The notes under the pieces: generated by a model
Databases searched by the model: none
The model's input: the letters and a program-made list of their open reading frames with translations, nothing else
Told to the model about the DNA's origin: nothing
Program-made: the position numbers and the translations under genes
Origin: Schaalia meyeri
Lineage (GTDB): Bacteria; Actinomycetota; Actinomycetes; Actinomycetales; Actinomycetaceae
Assembly (NCBI RefSeq): GCF_900105015.1
Contig: NZ_FNLK01000008.1
Coordinates: forward strand, 90,001 to 122,000
Reading direction: 5' to 3'
DNA length: 32,000 nt
Part shown: one piece after another, positions 1 through 7,467 of the stretch
How the letters are laid out: every line of letters starts with the position of its first letter
Numbering within the stretch: the stretch's first letter is position 1

Positions 1-508
1 TCGACAGCCCGCGGCCTAACGCCGATAGAACAACCAGAACCCACGACAAGCCTCACGAGGCCCGGAAGCCGGGCATCGCCATGCGTGGGGGGCAGCCGAC
101 GGAGGAGCAGATATATTCGGGTGCGGAAGCCGGGCGTTGCCACGCGTGGGAGCCACGCCCACCACACAGCGGGTTTACTTACCCTCAGCGAGGCGGGCAA
201 TCACCTATACACAGGTACCCGGAGCCAGGCCTGCCACACGGCGGCTTTGCTGACACCCTGCGTACCCGTACTGCTGGCGAACATATCCAGCATCGGTTCC
301 TCCTGCACGGGCAGCTTGACCATGGACGCGCGCACCTGCGCGCTAAGATGCGCCGAGGGGCCACCGATGTCCCCCACACGGGCAGCTTGACCATCGCCCC
401 TGTTGCCATCAGGGGCTATCCACGCAGGCAGATCATCAGGAAGTGAGCGCGCTCGGGGCCCGCGCCGATCCCTGCGGGCCGCGCGGCGGTTCTGCATGGC
501 GGGCAGAC

Positions 509-540
509 AAAACGCGCCCGAACCAACCGGTCCGGGCGCG
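509..540 (-). terminator. Intrinsic terminator downstream of the bL37 gene
   Basis: On the minus strand the hairpin begins 14 nt after the stop codon at 555-557. An 8-bp GC stem pairs CGCGCCCG (513-520, plus strand) with CGGGCGCG (533-540) around a 12-nt loop. It is followed on the minus strand by TTTT (512-509). Confidence 0.5.
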
Positions 541-554
541 CGACGTGTAACGGC

Positions 555-629
555 TCAGGCGTTGGGACGCTTGCCGTGGTTCGCGCCGTTCTTACGACGA
601 TCGCGACGCTTACGACCCCGCTTCGACAT
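555..629 (-). CDS. Ribosomal protein bL37-like (24 aa, actinobacterial)
   Basis: Internal ATG (627-629 on the plus strand reads cat) of track ORF 555..794. The peptide is MSKRGRKRRDRRKNGANHGKRPNA. It matches my recollection of the 24-aa bL37 found in mycobacterial ribosome structures (MxKRGRKxRxRxxxxANHGKRPNA). AGGAGA lies just upstream (minus strand aggagaatgacATG). Confidence 0.7.
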   Translation of the reverse strand: MSKRGRKRRDRRKNGANHGKRPNA

Positions 630-869
630 GTCATTCTCCTTGGGTTTGTTGTCCAGACTGAAGCATTTTTGCACATCTTGATGCAAACCACCATGGCACC
701 CTCGGGCCCGGCGACGAAGGTCACCGAAAAAATCGGGCGCCGCGAGTCTGGCCGATGGGGCAGATAGCGGCCACGACGAAAACGGCACCCACACGGAAAG
801 ATGTCCCCGCGATGGAAAACGCCTGCGGCGCGCTAGAAATGCCGCCCATGCCTGGGGAGGGACGCTACG

Positions 870-1169
870 TTAACGCCACGTGACGGACACGCTGGTGAGG
901 GAGGCGACGATGCGGGCGCGCAGGTGAGGGGGCGCTTCCTCAGCCTCGATACAGTCGCGCAGGAGGACGCGCAGGTGGCGTTCGGCGTCCAGCGCGTCGG
1001 CGCAGTGCGGGCATGCGGCGATGTGTTCGCGCATGAGTGCGCGGACGCGGGCGTCGGGTCCGGGGACGGCGCCTTGGTCGATGAGGTCGCTGCGTTGGTC
1101 GCACTCTTCGCAGTCGATGAGCGCGAACAGCGCGTCGAGGACCTGTTGGCAGGTGATGTTCGCGCTCAC
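870..1169 (-). CDS. rshA: Anti-sigma factor of the ZAS family (RsrA/RshA-like)
   Basis: 99 aa with the HxxxCxxC motif (HIAACPHC) plus upstream Cys residues (CQQ, CEEC). Its start overlaps the sigma factor stop by 4 nt (1166-1169). Confidence 0.85.
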   Translation of the reverse strand: MSANITCQQVLDALFALIDCEECDQRSDLIDQGAVPGPDARVRALMREHIAACPHCADALDAERHLRVLLRDCIEAEEAPPHLRARIVASLTSVSVTWR

Positions 1170-1798
1170 TTGGCCCCTCCGATTCCGTATTCCGCGGCGA
1201 CGTCGGCCAACGATACGCGCAGGTTCTTGCGCGCCCGGTTGAGGCGGCTCATGACGGTCCCCATGGGAACTCCTAGTTCTTCGGCAATTTCCTTGTAGCT
1301 CATTCCCTCAACGTCAGCCATGAGGACGACCATCCGATGCTCCTCGCTGAGCGAATTGAGAGCGTCGCGCAGCTGCGTGGAGGGCAGTGCTTCCAGGGCT
1401 TCGACTTCGGCTGATTTGAGGCCGGATTCCGCGTGGGAGGCTGCTGCGGCCAGCTGCCAGTCTTCGACGGTGTCGGTGGAGGCTCGCTTGGGGGAGCGCT
1501 GGGCTTTGCGGTAACCGGTGATATAGGTGTTGGTGAGGATCCGGTACAGCCATGCCTTGATGTTGGTGCCTGGCTTGTACTGGTGGAACTTCTGGTAGGC
1601 CTTCAGGTAGGTTTCCTGGACCAGGTCTTCCGCGTCGGCCCGGTTGCGTGTCATGCCCAGGGCCGCTCCGAAGAGCTGGTTCATGAGGGGCATGGCTTCG
1701 TCCATGAAGCGCGCCTGGAGCTGCGCGTCTTCCTCGGTTGACGAGGCCGGGGCGGGGCTGGTGTCCGCTGGCGTCGGTAAGGGGGTCGTCGTGTCCAT
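1166..1798 (-). CDS. sigH: ECF RNA polymerase sigma factor SigH/SigR
   Basis: 210 aa. Region 2 reads [39 protein letters not shown] and region 4 reads [24 protein letters not shown]. It is translationally coupled to the ZAS anti-sigma gene. Confidence 0.9.
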   Translation of the reverse strand: MDTTTPLPTPADTSPAPASSTEEDAQLQARFMDEAMPLMNQLFGAALGMTRNRADAEDLVQETYLKAYQKFHQYKPGTNIKAWLYRILTNTYITGYRKAQRSPKRASTDTVEDWQLAAAASHAESGLKSAEVEALEALPSTQLRDALNSLSEEHRMVVLMADVEGMSYKEIAEELGVPMGTVMSRLNRARKNLRVSLADVAAEYGIGGAK

Positions 1799-1868
1799 CG
1801 CCTCCCAGCGTAGCCGCGCGCGCGGGCGTCGGGTGTAGCGGGGGCGGACGAGTGATCATACTGAGGGG

Positions 1869-1893
1869 AACGCCTCACGAGCCGCTTTATTCC
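1869..1893 (-). promoter_or_regulatory. SigH/SigR-type promoter (GGAAT-N17-GTT) upstream of sigH
   Basis: The minus strand reads GGAATaaagcggctcgtgaggcGTT. GGAAT is at 1893-1889 and GTT at 1871-1869, about 70 nt upstream of the sigH start. This fits the published SigR/SigH -35 GGAAT/C and -10 (c)GTT architecture. Confidence 0.6.
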
Positions 1894-1947
1894 ACAACCC
1901 CTCAGAGTGTGCGTTGCAACACTTTTTGCCTGTTGTTTGGGGGCAGC

Positions 1948-2523
1948 ATGGCCATTCGGCTTCCGGATGGGACCGACGTGTCGAACAATAGGGGTATGAA
2001 TCTGCTGCGTGTCCTCGCCCGTCCCCTGCTCGCCGCCCCGTTCATCGCCGACGGGATGGATGCCCTGGCGCGTCCCCGTTTGCATATCGAGCGCGCTTCG
2101 GACGTTCGCCCGTTGATCGATCGGGCGACCGACGCCGTCGGCCTGGATCCTCTGACGGACGACCAGCTGGCCGTCGCGACCCGCGTGACGGGCGCGGTGA
2201 CTCTGGCTGCTGGCCTGCGTTTCGCCCTTGGCCGTCACCCGCGACGCAGCGCGCTGACCCTGGCCGTCATCGGGGCGCCGATGGCTCTCGTGGGCGCTCC
2301 CATCTGGGGCGACACCGATCACCTGACGAGGGAGCAGATCAAGCGCCGCCGCTGCCACACGCTGAACAAGCTGGGGCTGGTGGGCGGCGTCCTGATCGCG
2401 TCGACCGACCGCGTGGGTCGGCCTTCGGCGTCCGTTGCGCGGGCGCTGCGCCGCGACCGACGCCGGGCGATCGCCGCCGCCGAGGCCGCGGTAGAGGCGC
2501 GCCTGAGCGGCAACGCTTCGTGA
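1948..2523 (+). CDS. DoxX-like membrane protein (family call tentative)
   Basis: Internal ATG at 1948 of track ORF 1738..2523, with ggggg 4-5 nt upstream. The N-terminus LLRVLARPLLAAPFIADGMDALARP resembles actinobacterial proteins annotated as DoxX family. Its stop overlaps the aroA GTG start (GTGA at 2520-2523). Confidence 0.5.
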   Translation: MAIRLPDGTDVSNNRGMNLLRVLARPLLAAPFIADGMDALARPRLHIERASDVRPLIDRATDAVGLDPLTDDQLAVATRVTGAVTLAAGLRFALGRHPRRSALTLAVIGAPMALVGAPIWGDTDHLTREQIKRRRCHTLNKLGLVGGVLIASTDRVGRPSASVARALRRDRRRAIAAAEAAVEARLSGNAS

Positions 2524-3875
2524 GTCTCTCCCCCTGGCGGACACCCCTCGCGAGCTCGCCCGTGGACGCCACGGTTGCGGTGCCGGGTTCAAAGTCACTG
2601 ACTGCCCGGGCGCTGTATCTGGCCGCCGTCGCCGATTCTCCTTCCACCATCACGGGGGCGCTGGATGCTCGCGACACGCGCCTGTTCGCCGACGCGCTGG
2701 AGGTGATGGGTGCGCGCATCGAAGGCGCGGGCCAGGGGGCGCTGCGGGTGACCCCGATGCCGCTGCCGCCTCGCGGCGGGCGAATCGACTGCGGCTTGGC
2801 TGGCACCGTCATGCGCTTCCTGCCTCCCCTGGCGGCCCTGGCCACCGAGGAAACGCTCTTCGATGGGGACCCGCAGGCCTATGCGCGCCCGCTGGGCCCG
2901 CTCTTGGATGCGCTTGCGCGCATGGGTGCCTCGGTGACCTATCACGGACAGCCGGGGCACTTGCCGTTCACGATTCGCGGGCCACTGCGCACGCCGCTCG
3001 GCGCCCAGGCGTGGGTGGATGCCTCCTCTTCGTCGCAGTTCCTATCGGCGCTGCTGCTCGTCTCGCCCCTCACCAAGGCCCCGCTCTTTGTGTCCGCCCC
3101 GGGCCGCGTCCCGTCGATGCCGCACGTGGAGATGACGCTGGCGTGCCTGGCCAATGCGGGCGTCGATCTGGAGGTCGTGGACGAGGGAAATGCGGACCTG
3201 GCGACCTGGCACATCTTCCCATCGCGCCCGCGCGGCGGGGACATATCGGTGGAGCCGGACTTGACGAATGCGGGCGCGTTCCTGGCGGCCGCCATGGTGA
3301 CGGGCGGGCGAGTGACGATCCCGGCGTGGCCGGGGAGGACAACGCAGGCGGGCGACGCCTGGCGGGCGCTGCTGGGCCACATGGGCGCGCGCCTGACCCT
3401 CGACGAGCACGGTCTGACCCTGGCGGGCCCGGGCGCGTGGAATTACCCGGGCATTAACGCGACGATGGCACAGGTCGGCGAGCTCACCCCGACGCTTGCG
3501 GCGGTGTGCGCTTACGCGTCCACGCCCTCCCGCCTGACCAGGATCGCTCACCTGCGCGGCCACGAGACCGACCGGCTGGCGGCGCTGGCGGCCGAGATTA
3601 ACCGGGCCGGCGGGCAGGCGGTGGAGGAAACGGACGGCCTGGTCATCACGCCCGGCCCCCTGCGGGCGGCCACGATCCGCTCCTACGCGGATCACCGGAT
3701 GGCGGCCTTCGGCGCGATCCTGGGCCTGGTGACGCCGGGCATCACCGTGGACGACATCGCGTGCACCGCAAAGACGCTGCCCGGTTTCGAGGCGATGTGG
3801 CGCTCCATGGTGAGCGGGCAGGGACCGCGTTCCGCCGGGGGTTCCCCGGCCTCGGTCCCCGAGGGGGGCGAGTAG
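2520..3875 (+). CDS. aroA: 3-phosphoshikimate 1-carboxyvinyltransferase (EPSP synthase)
   Basis: 451 aa. It shows the N-terminal VPGSKSLTARALYLAA motif, LAGTVMRFLPP, and the C-terminal ADHRMAAFGAILGL segment. Confidence 0.95.
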   Translation: MSLSPWRTPLASSPVDATVAVPGSKSLTARALYLAAVADSPSTITGALDARDTRLFADALEVMGARIEGAGQGALRVTPMPLPPRGGRIDCGLAGTVMRFLPPLAALATEETLFDGDPQAYARPLGPLLDALARMGASVTYHGQPGHLPFTIRGPLRTPLGAQAWVDASSSSQFLSALLLVSPLTKAPLFVSAPGRVPSMPHVEMTLACLANAGVDLEVVDEGNADLATWHIFPSRPRGGDISVEPDLTNAGAFLAAAMVTGGRVTIPAWPGRTTQAGDAWRALLGHMGARLTLDEHGLTLAGPGAWNYPGINATMAQVGELTPTLAAVCAYASTPSRLTRIAHLRGHETDRLAALAAEINRAGGQAVEETDGLVITPGPLRAATIRSYADHRMAAFGAILGLVTPGITVDDIACTAKTLPGFEAMWRSMVSGQGPRSAGGSPASVPEGGE

Positions 3876-3876
3876 G

Positions 3877-4962
3877 ATGGCGCGCCGCGACACGGGGACG
3901 GACGATCCGCGCGTGCGGGTACGCGCCGGTCGCGGGTCGCGTCCTCGCACGAAGGACCGCCCCGACTGGTCTGCTAAGCCGCTGGGCCGCATCGTCGGCA
4001 TCGACCGGGGACGCTACCGGGTGGCCCTGGATGGGGACGGCACGCGCGTGGTCGCCGTGCGGGCTCGGGAGCTGGGCCGAGGCGCGGTCATCATGGGCGA
4101 CCGCGTGCGCCTGACGGGCGACCTGAGCGGGCGCACGGACACGCTGGCGCGCATCGTCGCGGTCGAGGAGCGCGCATCCGTGCTGCGCCGATGCCTGGAG
4201 GACGCGCCGGATCAGCGCGGCGAGAAGGCGATCGTGGCGAACGCGGACACCATGTGCATCGTCGTGGCGCTGGCGGATCCTCCTCCTCGCACGGGCATGA
4301 TCGATCGCTGCCTGGTTGCCGCCTTCGAGGCGGGGCTCTCCCCCGTCCTGGTGCTGACGAAGACGGACCTGGCCAGCCCGGACGAGTTCATCGAGGCCTA
4401 CGAGGATTTCGACGTGCGAGTCGTGCTCACGAGCGCCGCGGGCCAGGGATCACACCGGGGCGTTGCGGAGCTGAGCGAGGCACTGTCCGGGCACTGGTCG
4501 GTGTTGGTCGGGCATTCGGGGGTGGGCAAGTCGACCCTCATCAACCTGCTGGTGCCAGGCGCGCACCGGGCGACGGGCCGCGTGAACGAGGTGACGGGGC
4601 GTGGGCGGCACACCTCCACCTCCTCGCAGGCCTTCGAGCTTGAGGGTGGGGGCTGGATCGTGGACACCCCGGGCGTGCGTTCCTTCGGGCTGGGTCACGT
4701 GAGCGTCGCCGACGTGCTGGGGGTCTTCCCCGAGGTGGCAGAGGCCGCTTCCTGGTGCCTACCCCTGTGTTCACACTCCCCCGGGGAGCCCTCGTGCGCG
4801 CTTGACGCCTACGCAGCCGGAGCCTCGCCCTTTCCCATCGACCGGGCCGCAGCTGGTGACGCTGAGAGGGTGCACCGCGAGCGCGCCTCCAAGGTGGCGT
4901 CCGCGCGCAGGCTCCTGGAGGCGGTGGCGACGGCCGAGGCGGCCAGCAAGACGACCTGGTAG
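3877..4962 (+). CDS. rsgA: Ribosome small-subunit-dependent GTPase A
   Basis: It has the circularly permuted GTPase order: LTKTDL (G4), then GHSGVGKSTLIN (G1), then DTPG (G3). GRGRHTST and a C-terminal Cys/His cluster (CLPLCSHSPGEPSC) are also present. Confidence 0.9.
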   Translation: MARRDTGTDDPRVRVRAGRGSRPRTKDRPDWSAKPLGRIVGIDRGRYRVALDGDGTRVVAVRARELGRGAVIMGDRVRLTGDLSGRTDTLARIVAVEERASVLRRCLEDAPDQRGEKAIVANADTMCIVVALADPPPRTGMIDRCLVAAFEAGLSPVLVLTKTDLASPDEFIEAYEDFDVRVVLTSAAGQGSHRGVAELSEALSGHWSVLVGHSGVGKSTLINLLVPGAHRATGRVNEVTGRGRHTSTSSQAFELEGGGWIVDTPGVRSFGLGHVSVADVLGVFPEVAEAASWCLPLCSHSPGEPSCALDAYAAGASPFPIDRAAAGDAERVHRERASKVASARRLLEAVATAEAASKTTW

Positions 4963-5035
4963 ACCCATTATCACCTTCGGGAAATAATTACAAACCAAAA
5001 CAATATAATATGATCTACTACACTAATAAATCTGC

Positions 5036-5063
5036 TTGACAAGCCGTTACGCCAGGCGACAAT
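5036..5063 (+). promoter_or_regulatory. Candidate sigma-70-type promoter (TTGACA-N16-GACAAT) for the islet operon
   Basis: TTGACA is at 5036-5041 and GACAAT at 5058-5063. It lies at the edge of a strongly AT-rich stretch (4963-5035), about 55 nt upstream of the SD and ATG at 5120. Confidence 0.35.
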
Positions 5064-5119
5064 GAAAGCAAAGTGTAGCGACGGTCGCTATAACCACCCA
5101 ACACGAGGAAGTGGTCGCG

Positions 5120-5137
5120 ATGAAGACAACCACATAG
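5120..5137 (+). other. 5-codon mini-ORF (MKTTT-stop), either a uORF or the orphaned start of a frameshifted gene
   Basis: SD gaggaag (5105-5111) lies 8 nt before ATG 5120. TAG is at 5135-5137. The +1 frame continues open from 5124 into ORF 5202..5513. Confidence 0.35.
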
Positions 5138-5201
5138 GGCCTTCGCGACCACTGTCCGCGCGGCGCTTCTGTCAGCAGGCGCGGCTGTCCCCACACGGGC
5201 C

Positions 5202-5513
5202 GTGCCGGGGAATTCACTCTCAACAATAAGTGACACAGCCGTCGCGTCGGTCGGCGAAAACGAATCTGCTGAGGGCATTCAGTCAGTCGATAAGATCCTC
5301 GCAATACTCGCACTCGGCTACGCCGTCGCGTACAACGACGGCGTCTCGCGCGCAAAATCCGGTGAAGTTGCATGGAGCATGTGGAACGGATCCTTCGGTT
5401 ACGCACTCGAGGCAGCGGCCGCTGCCTCGCCGACCCTCGGGGTCGGATACCTCGGGTGGAGTCAGGGCTTCAAGGGCGAATGCCGCCAGCACAACTACTG
5501 CTACTACAGGTGA
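5202..5513 (+). CDS. Small hypothetical protein with a Gly/aromatic-rich C-terminus and 2 Cys; possibly frameshifted (full unit 5120-5513)
   Basis: GTG 5202 is the first start in this frame, and the frame is open back to 5124. Amino-acid composition is natural and third positions are GC-rich, whereas the overlapping 5230 frame is S/R/T-rich. The C-terminus is GVGYLGWSQGFKGECRQHNYCYYR. No family was recognised. Confidence 0.5.
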   Translation: MPGNSLSTISDTAVASVGENESAEGIQSVDKILAILALGYAVAYNDGVSRAKSGEVAWSMWNGSFGYALEAAAAASPTLGVGYLGWSQGFKGECRQHNYCYYR

Positions 5514-5520
5514 GCTTTGG

Positions 5521-5781
5521 ATGAAAACCCCATCACACATCTCGCCGCTAAGAGAGCCCGCGAACCATGCGAATATCGGTCGCGTTGCATCGAAACTGCT
5601 CCTGGCAACGGCGTGTGCCCTCTTGGTCGGCACCGTCTTCTATTCGATGATCACAGGCAAATCACCGATGAACTGGTGCTTCTACGGCGGATTCGCCCTC
5701 ATGTTTGTCCACCGCGTTCCCACGACGATCGCGAAAAAGCTGTGCCAGCGCGAGGCGCGGCAACACGCGCGGAAGACCTAG
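5521..5781 (+). CDS. Small membrane protein (86 aa, about 2 TM by eye), unknown function
   Basis: ATG 5521 lies 7 nt after the previous stop. Hydrophobic segments are VASKLLLATACALLVGTVFYSMI and MNWCFYGGFALMFVHRV, with a basic C-terminal tail. It is the internal start of track ORF 5230..5781. Confidence 0.55.
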   Translation: MKTPSHISPLREPANHANIGRVASKLLLATACALLVGTVFYSMITGKSPMNWCFYGGFALMFVHRVPTTIAKKLCQREARQHARKT

Positions 5782-5849
5782 TAATCCGCCCAGCATCACA
5801 CCTACCGCTCCTGCGACCCGCATATCCACGGCGCCAAGGACCCCATTGG

Positions 5850-5873
5850 AACCAGCGGATCCGTTGGGTTTTT
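5850..5873 (+). terminator. Weak intrinsic terminator candidate after the 86-aa ORF
   Basis: An imperfect stem in aaccagcggatccgttgg is centred on the palindrome cggatccg. It is followed by gTTTTT (5868-5873). Confidence 0.3.
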
Positions 5874-5960
5874 CCGGGGATTCACGCATGAGTGCTGGGG
5901 AGAGTACCGCTGCGCACACCGTCAATGACCGCCAACTCGATGGAGGAAAAGGAAAGGAAG

Positions 5961-6425
5961 ATGCAACAGTTTCAATCCGCCCCAGTCGGTACTCGCGAGA
6001 CAATGCCGACAAGCACAGACAGAGCGCTGCGCGGGGTGTTCGCCTCCGCGTTTGTTGCGATGCTCATCGCATCGATCGGGTTTGCCATCGCCAGGTCCGG
6101 GATGCCTTCACCCGATCTCACGACCGCCATGTGCGCCGCACTCCTCGCCTGCCAGATGCCGGGCTGGTCGCGCTCTTGCGCACGAACGACTTCGCGCCTG
6201 TTCCCTCGCATCCTCGAATGGGCGGGGATCGTCTTCGCGACCATCTCGATAGTGGCGGCAACGGTGAGCGCGATCGCCGGCGACGGAGGCAGCTACGAAC
6301 GATTCACGACGCCATCGCGAATCGCGAATGGCGCCCTGCTCGGTGCGCTCTGTTGCTTCGTCACGCTGTACATACTCAGGTACCGGGCCCGGCGTGTCCA
6401 TCAGTACGCGGAGCTAGGCGAGTAG
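5961..6425 (+). CDS. Membrane protein (about 154 aa, about 4 TM by eye), unknown function
   Basis: ATG 5961 is preferred over GTG 5892 because of the purine-rich ggaggaaaaggaaaggaag immediately upstream. Hydrophobic segments are GVFASAFVAMLIASIGFAIA, TTAMCAALLACQM, WAGIVFATISIVAATVSAIA and ALLGALCCFVTLYIL. Confidence 0.55.
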   Translation: MQQFQSAPVGTRETMPTSTDRALRGVFASAFVAMLIASIGFAIARSGMPSPDLTTAMCAALLACQMPGWSRSCARTTSRLFPRILEWAGIVFATISIVAATVSAIAGDGGSYERFTTPSRIANGALLGALCCFVTLYILRYRARRVHQYAELGE

Positions 6426-6638
6426 CAACGCTGCTCTGGTCCGTCGCCATCACAAGCAGCGCACAAAGCTGCGCGGCACTAAGTGCGAGGGGTCCGCCTC
6501 CACGCTGACAAGCTGGATGCGGACCTCTCGCCCCCTTGACGTCCGGTACCTCGCCGTTCCCCTTCGACCACGGTGCGTTCGACAATACCGGGGGCACGGC
6601 GCAGACCCCATCGCCCCCTGGTTCCGGGGTCCTGGGCC

Positions 6639-7367
6639 TCAGCGCTGGAAGAGGCGCACGAAATTGCGCAGGATGAGGCGCGAGGGGTCCGTGTCCACGG
6701 TGGCGACCTGGGCGCGGATCGACTCGGCTTTCTCGGCCGGATAGTAGCGGTCGGCATACTGATTGATGCGCACGGTAACCCCGTTCAGATCCATCTCGGG
6801 GTGGAACTGGGTCGCCCACGCGCCTTGGCCCACGCGCACCATCTGGATGGGGGTGGCATCCCCGGCCAGGAGTACCTGCATGCCGGGGGCCAGCTCGCGC
6901 ACCGCCTCGTGGTGTCCCACGTAGGAGTGGAAACGGTCGGGCGTGCCCTCCAGCAGCGGATCGTCCCGGCCCGCGTCGGTCTTTGTCAGCGCGATGCCGC
7001 TGATGTCCTCCCCGTGGTGGGTGTCGATGACGCCGCCCAGGTGCAGGGTCAGGGTCCCCAGGCCGTAGCACAGCCCCAGGATCGGGAAGGACTCGGCCAG
7101 AGCTCGATCGTAGAAGGATCGCAGCCACGACTCGGCGCGCACCTGCCGCTCCTCCTTCAGGTGGTCGTCGGCGCCCGCGTCCCAGGGGGACCCGCACACG
7201 AAGGCACCGGAGTACTGCGACAGATCTAGGTCGGGCAGCTCCCTCTCGATGCGCACCCGGCGAATCTCGCTGGCCGTCAGGCCCGAGAATCGCGGCAGGT
7301 CCGCGCTCTCCGCGCTCAAGACGGGACCGTCATCGCGCGAGGTCAGCATCAGGAAGGGCTTGGTCAT
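6639..7367 (-). CDS. Class I (type 1) glutamine amidotransferase-like protein
   Basis: 242 aa. It has a nucleophile-elbow-like GLCYG and a QFHPE His-Glu pair typical of GATase1/GuaA-like domains. Confidence 0.8.
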   Translation of the reverse strand: MTKPFLMLTSRDDGPVLSAESADLPRFSGLTASEIRRVRIERELPDLDLSQYSGAFVCGSPWDAGADDHLKEERQVRAESWLRSFYDRALAESFPILGLCYGLGTLTLHLGGVIDTHHGEDISGIALTKTDAGRDDPLLEGTPDRFHSYVGHHEAVRELAPGMQVLLAGDATPIQMVRVGQGAWATQFHPEMDLNGVTVRINQYADRYYPAEKAESIRAQVATVDTDPSRLILRNFVRLFQR

Positions 7368-7467
7368 GCCCCCATGCTATCGGCTGGCAGGGCATGCGCA
7401 TCGGGTGTCCGCCCTCCAAGCGCGCGTGACGCACGCAGATGCGGGCGCGCTCTGTCACACTGGGACC

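Noticed and set aside
1-400. Possible tmRNA, RNase P or other known structured RNA at the window start (it begins ...TCGAC...)
   Set aside because: I found no tag-reading frame ending in ..LAA-stop and no tRNA-like 3' end (GGTTCGAnTCC). The RNase P GGAAAGTCCGG core is also absent on both strands. The region is kept only as an unexplained repeat-containing stretch.
1681-2598. 305-aa minus-strand ORF; similar cases are 2339-2845, 3042-4001, 6376-7197, 9003-9860, 9936-10790, 11943-12575 and 27792-28853
   Set aside because: All are antisense to or out of frame with confidently identified genes (aroA, the GATase, sbcC, moxR and others). All have Arg/Pro/Gly-dominated low-complexity translations, so they are GC-driven artefacts.
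5132-5138. Programmed +1 ribosomal frameshift (prfB-like) at ACA-TAG-G
   Set aside because: The P-site codon ACA cannot re-pair in the +1 frame (CAU). No internal SD sits at the right distance. An indel, pseudogene or uORF explanation is simpler.
6487-6529. 11-bp stem (one G-U pair) with a 21-nt loop after the 4-TM ORF, considered as a terminator or att-like islet boundary
   Set aside because: There is no U-tract and no matching repeat at the other islet edge (4963-5040). The evidence is insufficient to call it a terminator or an attachment site.
7249-7467. Extended N-termini given in the ORF track: sbcD from 7249, sbcC from 8640, hpf to 20186, the TadZ-like gene to 13614, the SAF gene to 14288, DUF4350 from 26624 and moxR from 27915
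   Set aside because: The extensions overlap neighbouring genes and have junk-like composition. Conserved N-terminal motifs (for example MLILHTSDWHLG and VKIRWLRITG), SD sequences and stop-start overlaps support the internal starts.
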